Below, in pieces: positions 13,801 through 25,800 of a stretch of 64,000 bases of DNA. The stretch is taken from positions 7,254,001 through 7,318,000 of the forward strand of contig CM075985.1 of assembly GCA_038087875.1 (NCBI GenBank), read 5' to 3'. The notes under the pieces were generated by a model that was not told the origin of the DNA, did not search any database, and was given only the letters and a program-made list of their open reading frames with translations. Position 1 is the first letter of the stretch, and every line of letters starts with the position of its first letter. Source of the stretch: Malacoraja senta. Its lineage: Eukaryota. The position numbers and the translations under genes are program-made.

Positions 13801-16800
13801 TGCACACTCAAAACTCAGGAAACTCAAGTTAAAGCATAAAGGCCCTGTCCCACTTTCCCGAGTTTTCCCCTTGATTCGAACTTGGAGAATTACGGTAATA
13901 GCCATTCGTAGGTACTCGGGGCTATTTTATTTACTCGTGGACATTTTTCAACATGTTGAAAAAATGTCCCGACTTACCTGATGCCCCGAGTTCCGAAGGC
14001 TGGCATTATGAGCCGCTACGAGACTCCTACGGGCTCCTACGAGCTTGCTACCGACATTCCCCGAGTTCGAATCAAGGGGAAAACTCGGGAGAGTTCGTGA
14101 GTAACTCGGGAAAGTGGGACAGGGCCTTAACTATGTTTTGCTATTTAGTGAAATCAAGTAAGCCTCACAGAGGTCTTGAATTTGTTTTTCCAGAAATCTG
14201 TAGAGCAACTTCCCTCTTCCCTTCCTTCTGTCTAAAACATGACATATTTCCATCGTGTTTCAGATCTGCCTATTTTGTAAATTAGCAACAAACTCTCCTT
14301 TGCCGACAATTTTAGTTCCCGGACAGCATTTACAGCCTGTAGTTGTCATTGAAATGTTTTGTCTGTGTCCTTTCGTTGAATTCTTGTACAATGTCATGCA
14401 CAGTGACTCCAACTCGGAAAATATTCTAGTCTGGTGTTACCAAAACTTCCACGGCGCCACATTATCAGAGTTTAACTGTTATTATGAAACGCAAAATTGA
14501 GAGTGATAAATTGTAGCAGGATGTGAACTAGTGGTGGAATGGGCAAATATAACAAATGGGGTTTAATGCTAAGAAATGTGAGGTAATGTTCTTTGGTAGG
14601 AAGAATGAGGAGAAGCAGTATAAAAAATAAATTATACAGTTCTAAAAGTGGTACGGAAGCAACAGGAACTCAATGTATGTCATTGAAAGTGGCAGTTCTG
14701 ACCTTTATCAATGTAGGCTTCTAATATAAATGCAGAAGTCCTGCTGAACCTTTATAATTGAAAAAAACTGTTGTCTCATCTAAAGTAGTGTTCAGTTTTG
14801 GTTGCCTTTTGGGAAGGATGTGAAAACACCGGAAAAAATCCCAGAATGTTTCCTGGGACAAGGGATGACGGTTATAAGGTTGGAGGGGCAGGGACTGTTT
14901 GCATCAGATAATGGGAATCTCGATAGATGTATGTAAAATAACGAAGGGTCAGGGCGGGATGGATAATGGCAGGCTGTTGCCATTGGAGAGGGGAAGGATG
15001 GGGACCAAATGTGACATGAAAGGCGCCTTGTTGTTACTTGACTAAACAATGCACTTCCACTGATGGACATATTGGGGACTCGATGGGAGAAATAATCATT
15101 TGGGGAAAGGTCAATTTCAGTATGATGAAAATAGATCTAGTGTGTTTGAATTGGGATCAAAGTTCAGCAACAAAATCATAATTGAACAATCCTTTGAAGT
15201 AGGGATTTTTCAGCTATAGTGTAGGGAAAAGAGTAGGGACATTAAAGTCAAAACTCTGAATGGGAGTAAATCCTACCTCGAAGAATTCTCTCTAATAGTT
15301 TCCGTACCACTGATGCGAGGCTCACCGGCCTGTAGGTTCTCTCGATCTCCTTTCTTAAACAAAGGAACAACATTGGACATCATCTGTAGCTAGTCAGTAC
15401 TGGAACCAATGCCTTGGGGCCATTTTTCCAATTTGCAAATGACACAACATTTGAGGAGAAATTAACTGTGATGTGGAGAGCAATAGATCCCAATTAAATG
15501 TTGACGGGTTATTGAAATGGGGGGGGGGATAGGCCAAGGACAGTATGAGTGAAAAATTCCTCTTGGACTTGACAATCCAATGCCAGGACGAATGGTCTTG
15601 ACCCAAAACGTCACCCATTCCTTCTATCCAGAGATGCTGCCTGTCCTGCTGAGTTACTCCAGCTTTTTGTGTCTATCTTAAATCAAATGACAGTGTGGTT
15701 ACTGTGGAGTATTGTGTTCACTTTAGAAACAATGCAAAGGCTTTGGAGAAGGTGCAGAGGAGATTAACCATACTGATTCCACATGGATTTTAGTTGAATG
15801 GGTACACTGGAGAGGTTCGATTTGTTCGTAACAGAGAGATTACAAGGGGATTTGAAAGAACAATTTTAAACCAAGAAGGATATAGACGTAGAGTGAAACT
15901 GTTCCTATTGGCAGAGGAATCAAGGAGACATTGAATGAAGATGATTGACAAAAGGACCAAAGTGATATGAGAATTTTGTTTTTAACACATTGAGTCATTA
16001 GAATGTGGAATGCACTGCAAGGAGTAACATTGGAGACAGATTCAATTGCATTATTGAAAACAGATCAGGTAGGTATCTGAAAGGGATGAATTTACAGTGC
16101 TAGGGAGTGAGGGCAAGGAATTGGACCAGTTGAATTGCTTTTACTCGGACAGTACTCGACTGGCTAAATATAATCATTCTACAGGTTGAACAACTAATCT
16201 ATCTGATTGGACACAGGTGATCCAGTTCTAATTCAATTGGTGCTTTAATCCACTATGAATGTAATTAATCTACTTCAATCAATAGATGACATGCAATTCG
16301 TTTCAAGCCCTACTTTGTGATGAGAAAATTGAATTCAAATTAATGTGAACTAATTTATAGTGTACAGTAGGTGCTATTTATACCTAACGTTGTGAAGCTT
16401 TCTAATTCCCCATACTGGCATCTGTATTGAATCTCACAAAAACAACGATAAAGTTACTAATAAAGCTTGATAACAGACATATATTGCACAACCTCCAGTC
16501 TTAAAGATTTTTACATCATTCAGCTCAATAAATAAAGCATAGGTGCCCTTCCACCCCCCTCCTCCCCCCCCCCAACCCAACAACACCCAACCCCCACCTT
16601 TACTGCATTTCCTTCACCAAATAGAGTCAGAAACAGAGAATAATCTAATGATCTGGAGTCACTATATTTGTTTTAGTTGGCAATAAGTGGGAAATGCACA
16701 GGGCAAAGCAAAAAGATTTGCAGATGCTGGTTTACACCAAAGGTAGACACAAAATGCTGGAGTAACTCAGCGGGACAGGCAGCATCTGGAGAGAAGGAAT

Positions 16801-19800
16801 GGGTGATGTTTTGGGCCGAGATGCTTCTACAGAATGAGAGTCGGGGAGAGGGAAACTAGAGATATGGAAGGGCAAGGTGTGAAAACGGCCAATCAAAGCA
16901 GACGATGGCCAAGGAAATGTAGAATGGTTCAATGCTTGTGCATCTCCATTTTTTAAACAAAGCATTAGCTACCTCTTGGGTGATGTATTTCCCCTGTAAG
17001 CCTGAGAATCTAATTATTTTCAAGTGTCTGTTAGGTCAGATTACTATCTCTCCATCTTGCTTCTTCTAGGCGCAGCTCCGAGCTTTTATTCCCAGAAATG
17101 CTGAAGTACTCAACAGGCCGTGGGAAACCTGGCTGGGGGAAGGAGAGCTGCCGGCCTTTGTGGTGGCCCGATGACATACCATGGGCCAATGTTCGCAGTG
17201 ATGTTCGTTCAGAGGAACAGAAGCAGCGGGTAAGGAGGTTGTTGGGGGGGTGCTGGACCGTGTTATATTAAATAATGGAAGTTTCTGAAATGAAGCTGAA
17301 TAGTAAACTGCAAGATAGCGAAAACCTCTGCTTTCCGGCTGTTATTTGCTTTCCGGCTGTTAATGTTACATTCTATTGTGATTTATTGTGTGGGCAAGAT
17401 ATTTATTCACAGTGGTGGGTGTCTGGAATGCTCTCCTCGGGGTGATGCTGGAGGCAGATATAATAGGGGCATTTAAGAGGCTTTTAGATAGGTACATGGA
17501 TATGCATGGAATGGAGAGATGTGGATCATGTGCAGACATAGGAGATTAGTTCCAGTTAGCATCATGTTCAGCACAGGCATTGTGGACAGTAGGGCCTGTT
17601 ACTGTGTAGACACAAAGAACTGCAGATGTTGGTTAATGCACAACAGGACACAAAGTGCTGGAGCAACTCAGCAGGTCAGGCAGCATCTCTGGAGAACATA
17701 GAAGAGTGATGTTTCGGATTGAGACGTAAACATGCAGGTACAGCAGGCAGTGAAGAAAGCTAATGGCATGTTGGCCTTCATAATGAGAGGATTTGAGTAT
17801 AAGAGTAAAGATGTCCTTCTGCAATTGTACAGGGCCTTGGTGAGACCACATCTGGAGTATTGTATGCAGTTTTGGTCTTCTAATTTGAGGAAGGACATCC
17901 TTGCAATTAAGGGAGTGCAGCGTAGGTTCACGAGGTTAATCCCCGGGATGGCAGGACAGGCATATGAGGAAAGATTGGAAAGACTGGGCTTGTATTCACT
18001 GAAATTTTGAAGGATGAGAGGGTAGCTTAGAGAAACATATAAAATTATAAAAGGACTGGACAAGCTTGATGTAGGAAACATTTTCCCAATGTTGGGGGAG
18101 TATAGAACCAGGGGCCACAGTCTAAGATTAAAGGGGAGGCCATTTAAAACTCGGATGAGAAAAAAACGTTTTCACCCAGAGAGTTGTGAATTTGTGGAAT
18201 TCTCTGCCACAGAAGGCAGTGGAGGCCAATTCACTGGATGAATTAGTTACATAGAGGCAGGCACGGGTTACTGATTGTGGATGATCAGCTATGATCACAA
18301 TTAATGGCGGTGCTGGCTCGAAGGGCCGAATGGCCTCCTCCTGCACCTATTTTGTATGTTTCTATGAGACTGAAGACGGTCGAGAGTCTGAAGAAGGGTG
18401 AATGAAAATGCATGGCAGCCAGCTCATGATTTCTCCGACGGGTTGGGGGGTGGTAGTAGCCAAAAGAATGTGGAAGCTTCCATGTTGAATTGTTAGTCTA
18501 TGTTGAAATTGAGTTCTGTCAGACAGAGACAGGAACTGCATTGTACAATCATGAATTAAATGAGAAGTCATTACATTTAAGATAGCTATTAACAAACTCA
18601 GATAGGTGTTCAGGGAAAACCTTCGTTAAACAAAGAAAGGTTCCAAAATATTAGTGTTCACACTCTCACATGTTATCCATCTTTTGCTAACCTCCTTAAC
18701 AACAGCATGTGGTAACAGGGTTCACATTCCAATCACTCTCTTCAGTTAAATATATTTCTCTGGTTTATTAGCTGCTGGTTATAATTGGAAACATCACTAT
18801 TTTGCTAACTTCAAACTCAGGATCTTTAAAGGTTACCAGCAGACCACTTGTGGGGAGCTTGTATTTATGTAAATTCAATGAAAAGATCATCAAACAATCC
18901 AGTCAGGATTTGCCAGAAGCTTCTTTACTCAAGGGCTGGTGAGAATGTGGAACTTCCTTCTGCTGATCAGCCATGATCGTATTGAATGGCGGTGCAGGCT
19001 CGAAGGGCCGAATGGCCTACTCCTGCCCCTATTTTCTATGTATCTATGACATGCGATCCCCGTACACTAGCACTATCCTACACACTAGGGGCAATTTACA
19101 ATTCTTACCAAAGCCAGTTAACCTGCAAACCTGTATGTCTTTGAAATGTGGGAGGAAACCTGGAGCTCCTGGAGAAAACCCACGCAGGGAGAACTCTGTT
19201 AGGATCGAACAAGGGTCTCTGGTACTGTAAGGCAGCAACTTAACCGCTGCGCCATCACGCTGTCCACCATTGTCTTAAACTGGAGGATTGACAATTACTT
19301 GGTTATGCTTCCACAAGGAGGATGCTAAAAGCTCTTAAAGGACATATAAATATCAGCATGGACAAGTCTATCAGAATGGCCTTATTATTGCAGAATTCAT
19401 TTCATCATAATCAGCTTGCTCCTCATGACTACCAGGTGACTTATGCTGCAAATAAATCACCTGGAAGATTATTTTAAACTGATATCAAATACCTTTTAGA
19501 ATGGGATGGAAGTGATGTAACAAATATACCATCTGATATTTTATATGATTGTATGTAAAGGTTGAATTTGTCACCATAGGTATCCTGGACACAGGCGCTG
19601 AGGACGATAGTTAAGAACTGTTACAAACAGCATGGGAGAGAGGATTTGTTGTATGCTTTTGAAGATCATCAGACTCACCCACAGACACACATTGCCCATC
19701 TTGTCCCTTCTCAGACCGTGGTACAGACAATCAGTAACCCAGATGGGACAGTCTCCCTTATACAGGTGAGTTTTGAGTTTGCTGTTGCTTCTCACAGAAT

Positions 19801-22800
19801 CGCACCTTATATGTGAGAAATTAATGCAGGAGTTGACCTTCAATCCTGCTTCCCCATTCATCAAGATCATGGTTGATTTTTTATTTTCTATTTTCTTGTG
19901 CAAAGAGAAATACGGTTAACATTTCGGGTTAATTGCAGGATTTTATTTGAAACGTTAACCTTGTTTTTCTGTCCCTAGATAGTGCCTGATCGACTGGGTG
20001 GTTCCAGTATTTTCTATTCTTATTTTATCCCTGCCATTTTCATTCTTCACTGCTCTAACATGTTGGCCAACCTCCTGTGTGGGACCTTATTGAAAGCTTT
20101 CTGAGAATGCAAATACACCACATCCACATATTCCTCCTTATCTATTCTACTAGCTCAAAAATCTCCAGTAGATTAGTCAAGCATGTCCCACTCCTTAAAT
20201 CCATTACGTCTTCTGCGATATGATATGGTAAAACGTTATTCATTCCCGGAGGGAAATTGGTCTGCCGACAATCACAACACACAAGGTACACAAAAACATG
20301 AAATTAAAAGTGAAAACAAAAAGGAAAAAGACAAGCGACTGTTGGCTGGCTGCCGTGTGCACAGTGCTTTCACCAGAACAAATGAACAAACAAACAAACA
20401 CAGACTTATCCCCTGGGCAGAGGAAACTAGAGCGCCCCCCTCCCCCACACCGGGTCCCCCTTTGTTCTCCCACCGTCCCTCACAGCAATCCCCCACGCCA
20501 GGTCCCCAATGGTCTTCATGGCAGTCCCCCCACGCCGGGTCCCCATTATCTTCCCCTCTCCCCCTCACGCTCGTCGACCGCGAGGCACCACCGCTGCTGA
20601 GGCCCATGTTGCCGCCGAGACCCTGCTCCTGCTATCACCGCCACTGCTGAGGCTCCTTCGGCCCTGGCTTCACCTCAGTCCCCTGGGAGGCCTGTGGGGC
20701 GAGTCGGGCCTACCGGGGCACGTTCCAGTCTTCGGTCTGCGGCGGGTAGATCGGGCCCGCGAGGCTCCCTGGGACACTCCCACTGCACGCGTGGCTCCAG
20801 GGCTCCTGACTCATCAAGTCTGCGGCTCTCACTATCTACTTGGAACGAAGTCTCACAAAATCTTCATGCCCTAACTCCCCTTCCTGGTATTTATAAATTG
20901 TTCTCTTTCCTCGGGATCAGCCCCCTTCAAAGCTATTGTCTTTTCCCTCTTCCTCTTGACCCGTATATGCTAACTTTATCTTCATTTTCCCTTGCTGCTC
21001 TGAAGGCCTCGAACCAGTACTCACTCCCAAATCTGTGCCCATCTATTCTGCAACTCCTTTTTTTTCAAACTTTAATGATACTTTGGGCTGTGCTGCAACA
21101 TAGAAACAATCCTCATCACCATCCTAAATTACTGCTTCTGTGACTGTGACAATGGTGCTCTGTCCTTCTTGACTTGACTCCGACCGTTGATGACAGCTCC
21201 TTCTGCAATATCTGTCTGGGATATGGAACAATTGGCCCCATTGTTACCAGTACTATTGTTCCCAGAGAATCTCTGCAAGGGCATATTTTCCTTTCCTGTT
21301 CTTTAGCTGCTTCAGTTGATTGTGGATTTATCTTGGCTCCTTCATGTTTCTGAACTGCATATTGGCCCTCAGTGACATTATCCACAAACATAATGATCCA
21401 CAGATTTGCTGCTGCTAATCATCTGTACCTCATCACCATTCATCTTAATTTATCCACATTTTCTGATTTGTCACAAGTGTAATGTCCTATTTGTAGGGGG
21501 CTGAATTTTTCTCCATTTAAAAAAGTAAAGAGCAAACCCATAATCTTCAACCCGATGTTCATTAGCTACCTTTATATTCTTTCACTGTCACTCTGCGCTC
21601 GTCAAACTATTAACATTTCCAACATCCTACTGGATCCCATTCGCTCTTCATCGCAAAGGTACTGACTAATAAGATGCCTCTAATATCATCAACCTTCAAT
21701 CCTACAGCATTTCATCTGCTGCTGAAACACTCAATGTATGTTACCTCCAGATGCAAGCATAGTTCTCCTGGGCTCAAATTTCCCGTTTGAGTTCATCAAA
21801 AACTCTGTTACTTGTAACTATACAAGTCTGCTTGCTGACTTTGTCTTCCAGTCCAGAAAAGCCACATTTTTCAAATTCTTGCCTGTGATTTAAATCTCTC
21901 TAGGTCCTCGCCCAACATGTTTCCACCTCCTTTGGCCGATCTGAGAACTCATTACTCCTCACACCATGCCCCCTTGTTGATATACCTCACCTATTTCACC
22001 GTGCTGTTGGTTTCAAGTCAAGTCAAGTCAGGGAGTTTATTGTCATGTGTCCCAGATAGGACAATGAAATTCTTGCTTGCTGCAGCACAACAGAATATTG
22101 TAGGCATAAATACAGATCAGATCAGTGTGTCCATATACCATAGAATATATATATATACACACATAAATAAACAGATAAAGTGCAATAGGCTGTTATAGTT
22201 CAGAGTTTGTTTGAAGTTGTGTTTAATAGTCTGATGGCTGTGGGGAAGAAGCTGTTCCTGAACCTGGATGTTGCAGATTTCGGGCTCCTGTACCTTCTAC
22301 CTGATGGCAGCGGAGAGATGAGTGTATGGCCAGGATGGTGTGGGTCCTTGATGATGCTGTCAGCCTTTTTGAGGCAGCGACTGCGATAGATCCCCTCGAT
22401 GGTAGGGAGGTCAGAGCCGATGATGGATTGGGCAGTGTTTATAACTTTATGCAGCCTTTTCCGCTCCTGGACGCTCAGGTTGCCGTACCAAGCCACAATG
22501 CAACCGGTCAGCATGCTCTCTACTGTGCACCTGTAGAAGTTCGAGAGAGTTCTCATGCATTAGTGAGATGATATCGAACTCCTTCATTTGCAACCCTTTG
22601 TCTCTTTCTTAAAGAAACTCCGTAAAGCAATTTCAGTGATTACATTTTTATTCTGCTGTTTTGGTATCGCTTCCTTTGATGCCCCAGTTTTTGAATGAAA
22701 GTATTCCCATGAAGTTCCTTTTGGACTTGTTACTATCTCAAAGATGTCTATTAAGGCCAGTTGTGTATAAACCTGTACTTCAGTAGTCCCTGATTTCCAA

Positions 22801-25800
22801 TGTTAATTTTATGTTGTAAAATAATGAATTATGTCAGAGCAGCTATTGCAGGGTCAAGGGCAGGGCCCCGACTGGTTTGAGTCTGCAGCTGATTAGCTTT
22901 GAACTGTCCTTTGTAGTTTATGCTTTGGTTTGGGCTAGCTGTAAATGTATGTTTGCTACTTTGGAGAAAATATGTTGGTTGAATATGTTGCTCATATATT
23001 GTTTGTTACATTTCTTCCTAGTTCTGTTGATGATTTTGTGGAACCTTATCCAAAACTTATTCTTCATCTATGAGCCATTTCCTAAACCTCAAATTCTTTT
23101 TTGACAGTAAAGTACAGTTTAACCTTGTTGTTACGAACCTCTTTATAATGCATTTCATTTGTAGTAATCAGACACCACTGTCTCTTTAAGAACACAGCCT
23201 GCTGGTTACACTCAGGGAGGCCACTGAAAATGCCAAGCAATTGCTTTGATCGACACTGTGGCAATAATTGTATTAAACAATGTAACAAACTGCCTTTAGT
23301 ATTTTTTAGCATTCAGTAACAAAAAAATATTTTCAGCTATTAAAATGAACTTTGTACTTGAAAACAACGTAGTTTCACAAAGTGACCACTGGTTGATTGA
23401 AGTATATCCCTAAGGGGCCTGTCCCACTTAGGCATAAGTCGTAGCAGGTCGCTGAAAAACCGGCGACTGTCAGAATGGAACATACACACACATATACACA
23501 TCACTTCCTTCACCAGCCAGTTATGCAGGCGGGGCAAGCGGGGAGAGCACTGTCTGAGTGAAATTCACACGGTGCAAAGCCAATGTGGTGCAGATACACA
23601 CNNNNNNNNNNNNNNNNNNNNNNNNNNNNNNNNNNNNNNNNNNNNNNNNNNNNNNNNNNNNNNNNNNNNNNNNNNNNNNNNNNNNNNNNNNNNNNNNNNN
23701 NNNNNNNNNNNNNNNNNNNNNNNNNNNNNNNNNNNNNNNNNNNNNNNNNNNNNNNNNNNNNNNNNNNNNNNNNNNNNNNNNNNNNNNNNNNNNNNNNNNN
23801 NGTGGTATGTCTCTGCAAAGAATTGCCTGTTGTTTAAAAGGCAAGTTTTCTGAAGAAAGTATACCTGGTCATGGTGGCAAAGCATAAACTGGTAATACCT
23901 GACCCATTGTGGAATGTCCTTGAGGTACGTAGATTTTGCAAGAAAGCTACAATGATGATCTATCTGGAAGGCATCAACAACATGCATTTATATAGGCTCT
24001 TTAAATTAGTAAAACATTGCAAAGCATTATACTGTTACAGTGTTATCAAGTAAAGTATGATCCACATAGGACATAATTAGGATGGCTGATAGCTTAAATT
24101 AAAGGGTAATATCATTAGTGCGAGAAAAGTTTAGGGAGGAAACTCCAGAGGTTAGGGCTTTGGTAGCTAAGGGCGCAGCAAGAGATAAAGTCAGGGTGCT
24201 TCTGCTAGTGGTGCTGGCCTCATTTTGCATGTGTCAGTGCCGTTTCCATCATATTCCCCTCTCATTTTGCAATTCACAGTGGCCTTGTACGTTCCTGTAA
24301 AGGTTGCCGCTTCCCAGTTGACCGCTGTCTGCCGCAGTTCCATGGGCAGCAATCAACAGAAAGCCCCTGAGTTCAACAAACTGGATCGAGAAATCAGTAT
24401 TGGTAAAGATTCAAACTTGTGATATTTAGTTCATTTTGAAAATGCTGAATATAAGAGGTGCCATGTTTGGATGGTATCACCAAAGTTAGGGGTGCATGAT
24501 CTAGTGAAGTGCCCACAAAGGGAAGGGAAGATACTGAATGTTAGTGCGATTTCTCTAAACAGGGTATGTCCTGTAAAAGAAACATTTCTGAGATTAACGT
24601 ATCCATTAACCAGCACCATACAAACAAATTATATGTGAGCTTGACCTAATGGTTGCATTCTTGCCTCTAAGTTTTTAAACACGGTAGGATGTTAAAAAAA
24701 AAAGGTGCATCCAGGGTACTTTGACGTTCTGGAGGCATAAGAATACAAAAGCAAGGAAATAGTGCTAAAACTAATACATTTCTGATTAGTGGAAGTGTTG
24801 GTTTCCACACGTGGGCACAACATTACAGGAAGCATGCAAAGAGGATTCTGGGGAAATTTAAGGAAACACTGTCTTACATAAGGAGAATTGAGAAGATGGA
24901 GTTTCTCAGAAAGCGGGTACGGTTAAGAGAAGATTTAATGCAGAGAGATAAAAGCATGAATTGTTTTTAATAAGGAAAAACCGTTTCCACTGTCAGTAGA
25001 CTCAATAACCAGAGGAATCAGATGTAAAGTGTTGGCAAAAAATCCAGAGATGAGAGTTTTTTTCCCCAGAACAATAAAAAATTAGTGTCACTACAAGAGC
25101 TCCCTGGACATTTCAGAAATATCCCATAAATGGTTAAAGAATTTTTCACTGTAGTAATAATGTTTTGTGCTATTTATTAACAACTAGATACAGTATTTAT
25201 TCCATTAGTTTAATTATGGATAGTGTTAGGATGAATATTCAGACCGTCATGAAAAATGTGAGGGAAATCAAGGACAGGAGCAGCAACAATTAAACTTTTG
25301 AAACTGCAATCAATTTAATACAGTTCCATTACAGACCTCTGGTGAGGTCTGTAATGGAACTGTTAAATTAAAATGACAGGAATGAAGGCTGATTGTATAG
25401 CAGAGTAATTGAAAATAAAAATGTGCCAATTGCATTAAGACAGATTTTTTAAAATCCATCTGCACATCTGAAAATAATTCCAAATGGAGACAGGTGATCA
25501 AGAGTGACAGATTTAACTGCTTTAAAACAAATGATTAGCAGAGGAGTAATTATTATAATCAACTCATCTCCAGATTGTGTTGCCTGGTAATCTTTTGCAG
25601 GCTAGCTACTGTCAGACATAGTTTAAAATATAGGATAATGAGCTTTGGAGCAGCAACAGCTGATAGGCTAGTTGCAGCCTGGTTCCCTCATAGCAGGGAC
25701 ATCATAAACTCTGAATGAGCCAATCCTGATAATATTATCCTTTGCAGCAGAATATATTGATGGGGAATGAAATGTTGGTATAATTTGACAAACTTAATGA

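Noticed and set aside
17085-17100. Programmed ribosomal frameshift at TTT ATT CCC AGA
   Set aside because: No precedent in NRF1 and no stimulatory element seen; an indel error is far more parsimonious.
20183-21143. Overlapping proline-rich ORFs, or a CpG-island promoter
   Set aside because: Stop-poor GC-rich repeat sequence with no recognisable protein.
22200-22556. 118-aa ORF as a host protein
   Set aside because: C-terminus of a Rex1/Babar retrotransposon ORF.
23510-23987. ORFs containing X runs
   Set aside because: Artefacts of translating through the N gap.
24300-24320. VAASQ peptide as part of NRF1 exon 9
   Set aside because: Surrounding residues do not match exon 9; the match is coincidental.
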